NCBI GenBank assembly: GCA_947632285.1
Contig: CANROT010000003.1
Location: forward strand, 1 to 39,448
Length of the DNA stretch: 39,448 nt
From: an uncultured Clostridia bacterium
Lineage (GTDB): Bacteria; Bacillota; Clostridia; Oscillospirales; CAG-272
Direction of reading: 5' to 3'
Both the position numbers and the translations under genes were made by a program. The notes under the pieces were generated by a model. That model made no database searches and was not told the origin of the DNA. It was given only the letters and a program-made list of their open reading frames with translations. Numbering within the stretch: position 1 is the stretch's first letter; every line of letters starts with the position of its first letter. Shown here in pieces: positions 1 to 8,994 of this stretch.

Positions 1-755
1 CCGGAGTTGTCGGCGACGGCGGTCGCCTCAAGGACGAACGCCATGTGCGGGTCAATGGCGTATGCCGTCGTCTCCGCGCCCGATTTGCCGACCTCCTCGC
101 GCACGGTGAACGCGAGATACGTGTCGTGCTCGGGCAGCTGCGGCGCCTCTCGGAGTGCGCGCCCGAGCTCGATCAGGGCGGCACAGCCGAAGCGGTCGTC
201 GAGCGCCTTTCCCTTTATATATTTGCCTCCGCTGCCGAAGCGGACAAACTCGGAGTCAAATGTCGCGAACGCGCCGCGCTTGACGTAGCCCTCCGCCTCC
301 TCCTTGTCCTTCGCGCCGATGTCGATATAGAGCTCGGAGAGCTTGGGCACGGCCTCGCGCTCGTCGCCCTTCAGTAGGTGTATCGGCTTTGTGCCGATAA
401 CGCCGGGGACGCGGCAGTTCTCATCGCCGACGGTGACGCGGCGCGCGGGGAGCGCGGAGCCGACGATGCCGCCGAGGTTCATAAACGAGAGCGTTCCGTC
501 CGAATTGACATTCTTTATCATGAACCCGACCTCGTCCATGTGCGCCGAGAACATGACGCGGCGCTCGCGGTCTGTCCCGTGGTCGGTGCCGTATATGACC
601 GCCGTGAGATTGCCCATTTTGTCTCGCCTTATCTCGTCCGCGATGTCGCTTATCTGCGCCCGGACGAGGTCGGCGACGTTGTCCTCGCATCCGGTCGGCC
701 CGAATGTGAGCGAGAGCTCGCGCAAAAGCTCGATACCGGATAATTTGTTACTCAC
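1..755 (-). CDS. M42 family (TET-like) aminopeptidase, truncated at the window edge
   Basis: Not in the ORF track because its stop lies outside the window. Manual translation from GTG at 755 (overlapping the upstream stop, GTGAGTAA) gives [25 protein letters not shown]...AHMDEVG...KALDDRFG...VREEVG, which are M42 metal-binding motifs. Confidence 0.9.
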   Translation of the reverse strand, partial: MSNKLSGIELLRELSLTFGPTGCEDNVADLVRAQISDIADEIRRDKMGNLTAVIYGTDHGTDRERRVMFSAHMDEVGFMIKNVNSDGTLSFMNLGGIVGSALPARRVTVGDENCRVPGVIGTKPIHLLKGDEREAVPKLSELYIDIGAKDKEEAEGYVKRGAFATFDSEFVRFGSGGKYIKGKALDDRFGCAALIELGRALREAPQLPEHDTYLAFTVREEVGKSGAETTAYAIDPHMAFVLEATAVADNS

Positions 756-1800
756 GGCACCACACCTCCAGTTCACGGTTTTTCATCACGGCGAGGACGA
801 GCTTTGAGAGCTCGAGCGCGTCCGCCTCGTCTATGACCTCGGCGGGAGTGTGCATCGAGCGGAGCGGGATCCCGAGCACGACGGTCGGGACGCCGCCCGC
901 GGCGAGCGTCACGTCGTCACCGTTCGTGCCGGTGCCGGAGGGCTCCGCCGAGACGGTGTATTTTATATTTTCGTCGTCGGCGATGTGCATGACGCGGCGC
1001 GTCAGCTTAACATTCGTGACGGCGGAGAAGGAGACGATGACGCCGGAGCCGAGCGCCGACGTCCCGTTTTCCTCCGGCGAGCCGGGGGCGGACGCAAAGC
1101 CGACGTCGAGGATGAGCGCGAGGTCGGGGGTGATCGCGAACGCCGCCTTCTCGGCGCCGGACATGCCCGTTTCCTCTTCGGCGGAGGCGACGACATAGAC
1201 GTCAAAGCGCCCGCGGTCGTCTCCCATCATTTTTACGGCGCATATCGCCGCGGCGAGGCACGCCTTGTCGTCAAAGGCGACACCGGCGGCTCTCTCGCCG
1301 AGCAGCTTTGTAAACGGCGCGCGGTAGCCGACCGTCGTACCGACGCGGACGCCGAGCGCCTCGAGCTCCGATTTCGAATATCCCGTGTCGATGCGCATTT
1401 CCTCTATCGGGGCGACCTTGTCGCGGTCGTCGCCGGAGATCAGGTGCGGCGGCGTCGAGGCGACGACGCCGAAGATCGGCTCGCGCGCGTATACGGTCAC
1501 CTCGGAGGCGGGGAGAATGCGGCGGTCAACGCCGCCGAGCCGCGTTACGAGGAGGCACCCCTCGTCCGTGATATCGGTGACGAGCAGGCCGACCGCGTCA
1601 TAGTGCGCGTCTATCATAAGGCGCGGCGCGTCCGGCTCCGATGCGCGGCGGTGGAAAATATGGTTCCCGACGCTGTCAACGCGCCAGTCGTCAAAGCACG
1701 GCGACAAAAGGTCGGTGAGCGCGCCGCTGTCGGCAGTCTCGTGACCGACGAGCGAGCGTGATGCAGACAGCCGGGAGAGCAATTCAAAAAATTCTGACAA
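748..1800 (-). CDS. M42 family (TET-like) aminopeptidase
   Basis: AHYDAVG, AFDDK, AEEETG and SMHTP motifs; TTG start with GAAAGGA RBS. Confidence 0.9.
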   Translation of the reverse strand: MSEFFELLSRLSASRSLVGHETADSGALTDLLSPCFDDWRVDSVGNHIFHRRASEPDAPRLMIDAHYDAVGLLVTDITDEGCLLVTRLGGVDRRILPASEVTVYAREPIFGVVASTPPHLISGDDRDKVAPIEEMRIDTGYSKSELEALGVRVGTTVGYRAPFTKLLGERAAGVAFDDKACLAAAICAVKMMGDDRGRFDVYVVASAEEETGMSGAEKAAFAITPDLALILDVGFASAPGSPEENGTSALGSGVIVSFSAVTNVKLTRRVMHIADDENIKYTVSAEPSGTGTNGDDVTLAAGGVPTVVLGIPLRSMHTPAEVIDEADALELSKLVLAVMKNRELEVWCRE

Positions 1801-1843
1801 ATTCTATATCCTTTCACAGCTTGATTTTTTATCCGCAGCTTAG

Positions 1844-1872
1844 ATGATACCACAAAAACAGAAGAACGCCAA
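1844..1872 (-). promoter_or_regulatory. Putative sigmaA promoter of the M42 operon
   Basis: TTGGCG-17bp-TATCAT with a TG extended -10. Confidence 0.5.
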
Positions 1873-1967
1873 TAGCTTTTTGCGGTATCTGAAAAATTTT
1901 TGCGCCACCGAGCGCACAGGGCCGGCAAAAAGGCGGATTTTTTACTGTATCTCGCGCGCTTTCCGTG

Positions 1968-1996
1968 TTGACAAACGGGGCTCCATCGGTTACAAT
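1968..1996 (+). promoter_or_regulatory. sigmaA promoter of the arabinofuranosidase gene
   Basis: TTGACA-17bp-TACAAT. Confidence 0.75.
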
Positions 1997-2042
1997 GTAC
2001 AGTGGCGCGGGGCGCACTTTTTTCGCTCAGGAAGGATTTTTT

Positions 2043-3521
2043 ATGAGCAAACTCGTTATAAACACATACGACAAAAGGAGCCGTATAGACAAAAATATTT
2101 ACGGTAATTTCTCCGAGCACCTCGGGAGATGCATATATAACGGCATTTATGTCGGCGAAAATTCGCCGATCCCGAACGTGGCGGGCATGAGGACCGATAT
2201 CGTGAAGGCGCTCCGCGACATGAAGCTGCCGGTGCTCCGCTGGCCGGGCGGCTGCTTTGCGGACGAATACCACTGGATGGACGGCATCGGCCCCAAGGAA
2301 AGCAGAAAGCTCATGGTCAACACGAACTGGGGCGACGTCACGGAGGACAACAGCTTCGGCACGCACGAGTTCTTCGAGCTCTGCCGCCAGATCGGCTGCG
2401 AGCCCTACATAAACGCGAACGTCGGCAGCGGCTCCGTTCAGGAGATGTCCGAGTGGGTCGAGTACATGAATTTTGACGGCAAGTCCCCGATGGCGGACCT
2501 GCGCGCGAAAAACGGGCACCCGGAACCGTTCGGCATACGCTATCTCGGCATCGGAAACGAGAGCTGGGGCTGCGGCGGCATGATGCGCCCCGAATACTAC
2601 GCGGACGAGTACCGCCGGTACGCGAACTTCTGCCGCAATTACGGCGAGGACCGCCTCTATAAGATCGCGTGCGGGCCGAACGCCGCCGACTACAACTGGA
2701 CAGAGGTGCTGATGAAGCAGGCGGGGCACCAGATGAACGGGCTGTCGCTGCACTATTACACGATCTGCCACGACTGGGACCACAAGGGCTCCGCGACCGC
2801 GTTTGACGAAAAAGAGTGGTACCTCACGATGAAGAAAACGCTCGAGATGGAGGAGATAATCACCGGACACGAGCACGTCATGGACCGCTATGACCCGCGC
2901 CGCCGCGTCGCGCTCATTGTCGACGAATGGGGCAACTGGTTCGACGTTGAGCCCGGCACGAATCCCGGCTTCCTCTACCAGCAGAACACGATCCGGGACG
3001 CTGTCGTCGCGGGCGTCAACCTCAATATTTTCAACAAGCACAGCGCGCGCGTCAGAATGGCGAACATCGCGCAGCTCGTAAACGTGCTCCAGTCCGTCAT
3101 TCTCACGGACGGCGAGAAAATGATACTGACGCCGACGTACCACGTTTTCAAAATGTACGCGCCGCATCAGAATGCAACACTCGTCGGCAGCTTTATCGAG
3201 AAGTCGAAGATAGGCGTCGAGGACAAGGTCCGCGCGGACGACCTCTCCGAGTCCGCATCGATCGACGCCGAGGGCAGCCTCAACATCACGGTCTGCAACC
3301 TCTCCTGCACGGACGCTCACGATATCGACGCGATCCTTGTCGGATATAAGCCCGCCTCGGTCGAGGGCGAGATCGTGACCGGCAAGATGGACGCGTTCAA
3401 CACGTTCGAGTCTCCGGAAAACGTGCGGGCGGAGCATTTTGACGGCATTAAGCTCACGGACGACGGCATCTCGTTCACGCTGCCCGAATGTTCTGTCGCG
3501 AGGATAACGGTCAAGCGGTAA
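2043..3521 (+). CDS. abfA: Alpha-L-arabinofuranosidase, GH51
   Basis: [30 protein letters not shown] (acid/base E) and VDEWG (nucleophile E); ATG at 2043 follows an AGGAAGG RBS. Confidence 0.93.
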   Translation: MSKLVINTYDKRSRIDKNIYGNFSEHLGRCIYNGIYVGENSPIPNVAGMRTDIVKALRDMKLPVLRWPGGCFADEYHWMDGIGPKESRKLMVNTNWGDVTEDNSFGTHEFFELCRQIGCEPYINANVGSGSVQEMSEWVEYMNFDGKSPMADLRAKNGHPEPFGIRYLGIGNESWGCGGMMRPEYYADEYRRYANFCRNYGEDRLYKIACGPNAADYNWTEVLMKQAGHQMNGLSLHYYTICHDWDHKGSATAFDEKEWYLTMKKTLEMEEIITGHEHVMDRYDPRRRVALIVDEWGNWFDVEPGTNPGFLYQQNTIRDAVVAGVNLNIFNKHSARVRMANIAQLVNVLQSVILTDGEKMILTPTYHVFKMYAPHQNATLVGSFIEKSKIGVEDKVRADDLSESASIDAEGSLNITVCNLSCTDAHDIDAILVGYKPASVEGEIVTGKMDAFNTFESPENVRAEHFDGIKLTDDGISFTLPECSVARITVKR

Positions 3522-3790
3522 TGGACGGAGACTATTCGCAGCCCCGCTGCCGCCGGTGCCTCCTCTCGGAGATCGACCGCGACGGGGTGTATAAAACGGT
3601 GCTCGAATACCTCGCCTCGCTCGACGACTCGGTCAAGTGCGGGGCGGACGAGTACGCGTCCCGCCTCAGGATATGCCGCGCGTGCGACCGCCTTTCGGAC
3701 GGTATGTGCTCGCTCTGCGGCTGTTTTGTCGAGGTCCGCGCCGCCAAAAAGATACAGACGTGCCCCGACCTGCCGCACAGGTGGGAATAA
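3521..3790 (+). CDS. Small Cys-rich protein (DUF6171-like)
   Basis: 89 aa with CRRC, RLRICRAC, CSLCGCFV and CP..W; TAATG stop/start overlap with abfA. Confidence 0.75.
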   Translation: MDGDYSQPRCRRCLLSEIDRDGVYKTVLEYLASLDDSVKCGADEYASRLRICRACDRLSDGMCSLCGCFVEVRAAKKIQTCPDLPHRWE

Positions 3791-3800
3791 AATTCAAAAT

Positions 3801-3850
3801 AAAAGCTGCCGGGGGAGGGACCCGAAAAAAGGTCCCTCCCCCGGTATTTT
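3801..3850. terminator. Hairpin between convergent genes (bidirectional terminator / REP-like copy)
   Basis: 14-bp stem CCGGGGGAGGGACC / GGTCCCTCCCCCGG (3809-3844) flanked by A- and T-rich tracts. Confidence 0.75.
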
Positions 3851-3869
3851 TGCCCGAAAGCCGGGTGCG

Positions 3870-6800
3870 TTATTCAGTGAGCTTTTTCGCTCTCTCGGTC
3901 AGCTCTTTGTATCTTTCGTCCTCCCTCGCGGAGTCGAACCACCCCCAGCTCTGCTGTGTCGACGTCATGGCGCGGTATATAATTCCGCTGTCGGAGAGCC
4001 GCCGGCCGTCGATGATGCCGTCCGCGTCGATCTCGCGCTTTGTGCCGTCCGGCAGCTCTATTATCGACTGCCCTTTTATATAGCGAATGCTTCCGAACGC
4101 CGCCTCGTCGCCGAAGGAGAGCGCCTCGCCGTCCGGTACCGCGTGCCACCGCTCGGCGAAGTCGAGCGCAAGCTCGAGATATTTGTACCCGTCCCCGCGC
4201 TCGCCGCCGCCGAAAAACGCGAGCGATGCCAAAAGGCATATCCATGACGCTTTCGCGCAGAACGCGGGCGGAACGCTGCCGTCTCCCGCCGCCTCGAGCA
4301 GCCGCAGGTAATAGGTAAATCTCCTCGCCCTTGTGAGCGGGTCGCCGTAGTGGTAGTCTCTCTTTGACGTCTGGTGCAGAAGAAGGAGTATCGCGTTGCA
4401 GCCGGACTCGAGGTTTGCCTCATCAAATTTTTCCGCGTTCGCGAGGCACGCCTCTTCAAGCTCGCCGACGGTCGAATTATAGCGGGTGATTTTTTTCGGC
4501 TTATGCCTGATCCCCGTCAAGTCCGAGAAGATCACGAGCTTGCCCTCGCAGTCGCGGGCGTATGTGTATTCCGCCGCGCCCTCGTAGCCGTCGGTAAGCC
4601 CGAGATCCTCGTATCTGCGCCTCATTCCGTCTGCTGCGGGCATGTAGCCTTCGCCCGTGCCTTCGTATGAGGTCAACTCATACGCGCTCACAGAACCGGC
4701 GTTCGTGTATATCTCCACTTTTACGAGCCCCACGCCGGGCGCGAAATAATATGTCCGCCTGCCGCCTCGGTAGATGTGTCCGCTGTCAAACCCGTCGCAG
4801 TATGTGTCGACAGAGAGACACCCGTCAAAGCTCCCGGCGCATACGGTGACCGTTCCCGCGTCCGCGCAGCTTATACGCGTCCTGAGGCTGCTGTTGCTGC
4901 CGTAATCCTTTGATTCTTCGGAACTGTACCCGGGCTGCCACCTCTCGTCAAAGAGGCAGCCTGTTACGTCGTGCAAAATCGAATAGATGTGATTTGAGAG
5001 CAGGCGATTGCAGAGCGAGGTGTCGTCCGTGTTCTTCCACTCAAAGTCAAATCTCCGGCTGCTCCTGACAAGGCAGAGCTTTCCGTCCGTGGACTCGACC
5101 GTATTGCGGTTGAAGAAATTCCACTGTCCCACCGCCTCGCATTCGGGGTCAAATTCCTCGTCCGTCTCGATTATCCTTTTGACGACCGAATATGCTGCCT
5201 CGGCGTGCGCCTTTTCAAACGGCGTCTTCGCGAGCTCCACGGCGCGCCGTGCATAAGGTCTTACGTCAACGATCCTCTCCGGCTCCTTCGTGAAGTAGTC
5301 GTCGCGGGTCTTCAGGATCATGTCGAGCCATGAGTTCTCGTCATACTTGCTCCGAATTATGCGCGTATTCTCCGTAACGATCGCCCTCTCGCCGTCGCAC
5401 CACTCGACACAGATCCGCGTCGGCGCGGAAAACGACTCGGGGTCGCAGTCCATCTCATATTCCCATAAGTTACCGGTGCAGAGCGGCAAAAGCCCTTCGC
5501 CGCCGGAGACGTTATAGGTTTTTAATGATTTTGCGTCGCTGACTCCCTCGCAGATCATCTCTTGCCTGACGAGGCCGACACCGCGCTTGAGCCAGCTTCT
5601 GACCGTGCCGACTTTTAAGCGCGACACCCAGACCTCGCAGCCGGAAAACGTCCCCGCCGGGACCGTGACCGTCTCGTCCCCCGATTCAAACGTGAGCGTC
5701 GAGCCGTCCGAGGCGGTGACGCTCTCGCCCGGCGCTATATCCGCCGTCATCTCCCCGTCGCATCTGAATAGATTTTCAAACAGCTGCGTGCACATATAGT
5801 TCAGCGCGTAGAGCCCGCCTATACTGTAGTATTCGTCCCGGGCTATTTTTAAGCCGCCCGACATGACAAATTCATAAGTCACCCCGACGCTTTTGCGGTT
5901 CTGAACGTCGCTTATGAATTCCTCTTCTGCCGACTCCACAAAGGCTTTTTTCATTTCAAGCGCGTGATGGTATAAAACGTCCGCCGGGGTCAGGAGCGCG
6001 AGCGCGCTGTCAAAGGCGTCCGTGCCGTCCTTTAAGTTTTCGGGCTTTGTCAAGTCGCCGACGGCGCACCATCTGTCCGCGAGCGTGAGCCGGAAATCGA
6101 CGGGGTCAAGGGACGGGATCTGCACGTTTTTGATGTGCTCCCGCTTTTCATCGCCCCAATATTTGGCCGCCTCGCGGACAAGCACATAGCTCATGACCTC
6201 GTTGTTTTTGCCGAGCGTTGCCGCCTCGCGTATGCGTTCGAACAGCCGATCGTTCTTCTCTCCCGGCAGCCACCAGTAACCGCGCATCAGAACGTCCGCC
6301 AGGGCGTGATATTTCTCGCGGCACTCGGGCATCGTGTCGATGTCCTTCAAAACGTCACGATAGACCTTGTCAAAGCCCTCCTTCGAATTCTTGTACTGCC
6401 AGCTTTTTATTTCGTCGATCTTTTTCCTGATCTTCAGAAGTAGCGTGTCATTTAATTTTTCGTCCATAGCACATAGCTCCTTTCGCATTTTCTTTCTGCC
6501 GTCGTGGAGCTGCGATTTGACCGTCCCCACCGATATGCCCATCAGCTTTGCGATGTCCTCCGCGCTCATGTCCTCATAATAGTGCAGATAGACGACCTGA
6601 CGGGCGCGCTCGGGGAGCCGACGCAGTCCGCGGCGCATGAGTTCTGCCTCCTCCTCCGTCATGAGCATCAGCTCCGGGTCCCCGTCGTCGGCGCGCATGT
6701 ACTCTATACCCTCGACGTCGTCAAGGCAGAGATAGTTCCTGAACCGCAGCGCCATGTTCCGGGCGCAGTTTTTGGCGATGCGGCAGACCCATATCCCAAA

Positions 6801-7013
6801 CTTTTCCGGTTCGCGGAGCCGGTCGAGCTTGAGCCACGCCGCCAAAAAGGCGTCCTGCGCCGCGTCCTCGGCGATGTGCGCGTTGCGTATAACGGAATAC
6901 GCCGCCGCGAGGACGCGCTTTTCATGGCGCAGGAACAGCTCGTCATATGCGGCGGAGTCACCAGCGAGCGTCAGGAGCACGAGCGTGCCGTCCGAATTTG
7001 AAGAATGAGGCAT
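3870..7013 (-). CDS. ECF-family sigma-70 factor with very long C-terminal extension
   Basis: aa 1-180 carry region 2 (AEDAAQDAFLAAW...WVCRIAKN) and region 4 (LPERARQVVYLHYYEDMSAEDIAKLMGISVGTVKSQL); ~860 further aa with no obvious TM segment. Confidence 0.88.
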   Translation of the reverse strand: MPHSSNSDGTLVLLTLAGDSAAYDELFLRHEKRVLAAAYSVIRNAHIAEDAAQDAFLAAWLKLDRLREPEKFGIWVCRIAKNCARNMALRFRNYLCLDDVEGIEYMRADDGDPELMLMTEEEAELMRRGLRRLPERARQVVYLHYYEDMSAEDIAKLMGISVGTVKSQLHDGRKKMRKELCAMDEKLNDTLLLKIRKKIDEIKSWQYKNSKEGFDKVYRDVLKDIDTMPECREKYHALADVLMRGYWWLPGEKNDRLFERIREAATLGKNNEVMSYVLVREAAKYWGDEKREHIKNVQIPSLDPVDFRLTLADRWCAVGDLTKPENLKDGTDAFDSALALLTPADVLYHHALEMKKAFVESAEEEFISDVQNRKSVGVTYEFVMSGGLKIARDEYYSIGGLYALNYMCTQLFENLFRCDGEMTADIAPGESVTASDGSTLTFESGDETVTVPAGTFSGCEVWVSRLKVGTVRSWLKRGVGLVRQEMICEGVSDAKSLKTYNVSGGEGLLPLCTGNLWEYEMDCDPESFSAPTRICVEWCDGERAIVTENTRIIRSKYDENSWLDMILKTRDDYFTKEPERIVDVRPYARRAVELAKTPFEKAHAEAAYSVVKRIIETDEEFDPECEAVGQWNFFNRNTVESTDGKLCLVRSSRRFDFEWKNTDDTSLCNRLLSNHIYSILHDVTGCLFDERWQPGYSSEESKDYGSNSSLRTRISCADAGTVTVCAGSFDGCLSVDTYCDGFDSGHIYRGGRRTYYFAPGVGLVKVEIYTNAGSVSAYELTSYEGTGEGYMPAADGMRRRYEDLGLTDGYEGAAEYTYARDCEGKLVIFSDLTGIRHKPKKITRYNSTVGELEEACLANAEKFDEANLESGCNAILLLLHQTSKRDYHYGDPLTRARRFTYYLRLLEAAGDGSVPPAFCAKASWICLLASLAFFGGGERGDGYKYLELALDFAERWHAVPDGEALSFGDEAAFGSIRYIKGQSIIELPDGTKREIDADGIIDGRRLSDSGIIYRAMTSTQQSWGWFDSAREDERYKELTERAKKLTE

Positions 7014-7046
7014 TTTTTATTCCTTTCGTTGAAAGCTTTCGTTATA

Positions 7047-7074
7047 TAGACATCAAAAGCATCAAAAAGGTTGG
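7047..7074 (-). promoter_or_regulatory. Putative ECF-type (autoregulatory) promoter
   Basis: CCAACC-17bp-GTCTA upstream of the ECF gene RBS (GAAAGGA), matching the general ECF AAC/GTC pattern. Confidence 0.45.
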
Positions 7075-7167
7075 TATGAAAAAGAAAAATTTAAGGAGCC
7101 TTGTTTTGGTATGTGAGATACTGCAAAAAAAGTGTTCACTTGTCGCCGTAAGCCAAACCAAGCAATA

Positions 7168-7226
7168 AAAAGTTTTGAAGAGGGGGGACCGGGGGGAGGA
7201 ACCTTTTCAAAGGTTCCTCCCCCCGG
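7168..7226 (+). repeat. REP-like palindromic element, also positioned as terminator of the envelope operon
   Basis: AAAAGTTTTGAAG + G-rich spacer + >=16-bp stem (7189-7226); same architecture as 33421-33470. Confidence 0.7.
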
Positions 7227-7244
7227 ATAAATTACCTGATATTA

Positions 7245-7796
7245 TTACTCCGCCGCGGGCGTTTTGTGCTTTTGTATGTATGCGTCGAGGCGGTCGACGA
7301 TGAGGACGCCGAGGATACCGAAGAGGACGCCAAGCACGAGACCGGCGAGGATATCGGTGGGGTAGTGGACGTAGAGGTACATTCGTGAGAACGCGATCAG
7401 CGCGGCGAGCACGCAGGCGGCGATCCCCCATTTGCGGTGGCGTATGAGGATCACGGTCGCACCCTCAAAGCTTGCCGTCGTGTGCCCGGACGGGAAGGAG
7501 AAGTCCTTCTGCACTTCGCACAGATACGGCATTATCCCCTTGACGTCATATGGTCGGACGCGCGCGACGAGCGGCTTTATCGTTATGTTGCAGACGAGAA
7601 GGCCGAGAATGAGGGCGACCGCCATCATCAGGCCCGTTTTGCGCGTTTTTTTCGGGATCAGGAGCGCTATCGCAAGGATTATCCAGAATATACCCGCGTC
7701 TCCGAGCAGCGTGATCTTCGGCATAAGAAAGTCGAGGAAGGGACAGCGCAGGTGCTCGGCGATGAAATCGAGTATTGCAAGTTCGCTTACATTCAT
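7245..7796 (-). CDS. PAP2-family phosphatase (undecaprenyl-pyrophosphate phosphatase-like)
   Basis: KPLVARVRP, SFPSGH and SRMYLYVHYPTD motifs; several TM helices. Confidence 0.92.
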   Translation of the reverse strand: MNVSELAILDFIAEHLRCPFLDFLMPKITLLGDAGIFWIILAIALLIPKKTRKTGLMMAVALILGLLVCNITIKPLVARVRPYDVKGIMPYLCEVQKDFSFPSGHTTASFEGATVILIRHRKWGIAACVLAALIAFSRMYLYVHYPTDILAGLVLGVLFGILGVLIVDRLDAYIQKHKTPAAE

Positions 7797-7809
7797 ATGC
7801 GGACCTCCT

Positions 7810-8976
7810 TTACGCGTTGAACCAGTCGTAGATCAGGAATTTTCCGTCCACATTGTGCAGGAACACGTAATAATCCATGATCTCGCTGAAATTCTGCCCC
7901 TGCCGTTCGAGCAGCAGCTTGAACGAAATGTGGCAGGAAAAGACGTCGTCCGAGAATTTGTAGAATTCGCCGATCTCAATGTCGGTGAAGTCGTAGCTCG
8001 AGGGCGCCCATATCGTCCAAAGCGCGCCCGCCTGAGTGACGAGCTTTTCGTTCGCCGTGGAGTTCAGGTCAAAGTGACCGCTGTATTGCAGCCCCCAAAG
8101 GCTCTTGTCCTGCGCGCCCTGACCGAACGCGGCGAAATCCGTCATCGCGGCCGTCACAAATTCGGAATATTCGTCGGCGAGCGCCTGCGAATACGCAAGC
8201 CCCGCGGTGTACGTCATCGTTTCCTCGTTATATTTGACCTCGGCCTCGTTTCCGTCCGCGTCCGTGACGGTCACCTTTTCGGGCGGGGCCTCAAGCGTGT
8301 TCAGCATGTAGATCGAGAACTCGAGCCCTTCCGTGTTCCCCGATTCGGGCGGGAAATACATGATGATGTCCTTGTTCATGTGCTTCTGGGTGACGTTTTT
8401 CTCGGTGAGGGGGGTGCCGTCAACGGTGACGGTGTAGCTCGAGGGCACGTCGAAATAGAGCGTGACCGTTTTCGGGAGCTCCTCGGTCTCGGGAGGTTCC
8501 GGGTTGTCGCCTACCGTGTTGATAAACAGCTCGATATAGGAGAATTCATACTGAGTGTAGCCGTGCTTGGTCTTCTCGTCGGACGCCTTGAGGATAATGG
8601 AGGCGAGCTGCTTTGACCCGGCGCGGACGATGTATTTCATCTCGTCATCGCTTGCGGAGGAGGCGGAATACGTCACCTCGCTCTCGCCGATCTCGCTTAT
8701 GAGATACATCTTTAACGCTTCGCGCGTCCCGGCCTCGCGATCGTAGCGCGCATCGTCAAGGAGCGCGTCATAGTTGACGGAGGGCTCGAAATACCGCGAG
8801 AATATCTCGGAGGCGATATATTTCGGCTGCGCGTCCTCGTATTCGGCGAGCCGGTTCGAAACGACGCCGAGAGAGGCGATTATGATCAGTATCACCGACA
8901 CGGTCACGGCAAGATATATCGCGTAAAAGCGCGGGATATGAAAGCCGCGGCGCGCGTTGCTTTTTTTCATAGCCAA
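7810..8976 (-). CDS. Hypothetical protein with N-terminal membrane anchor and acidic extracellular domain
   Basis: Basic N-terminus, one TM helix (FYAIYLAVTVSVILIIIASLGVV), tight operon spacing, AGGAGG RBS; start may be 8970. Confidence 0.75.
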   Translation of the reverse strand: MAMKKSNARRGFHIPRFYAIYLAVTVSVILIIIASLGVVSNRLAEYEDAQPKYIASEIFSRYFEPSVNYDALLDDARYDREAGTREALKMYLISEIGESEVTYSASSASDDEMKYIVRAGSKQLASIILKASDEKTKHGYTQYEFSYIELFINTVGDNPEPPETEELPKTVTLYFDVPSSYTVTVDGTPLTEKNVTQKHMNKDIIMYFPPESGNTEGLEFSIYMLNTLEAPPEKVTVTDADGNEAEVKYNEETMTYTAGLAYSQALADEYSEFVTAAMTDFAAFGQGAQDKSLWGLQYSGHFDLNSTANEKLVTQAGALWTIWAPSSYDFTDIEIGEFYKFSDDVFSCHISFKLLLERQGQNFSEIMDYYVFLHNVDGKFLIYDWFNA

Positions 8977-8994
8977 GATGGTGTCCTCCTTTGC

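Noticed and set aside
1614-3437. Long antisense ORFs (also 850-1761, 7432-8616, 8938-10185, 15924-17216, 29435-30517, 31354-32166)
   Set aside because: Shadow ORFs opposite well-supported genes, expected with high-GC codon bias; no motifs.
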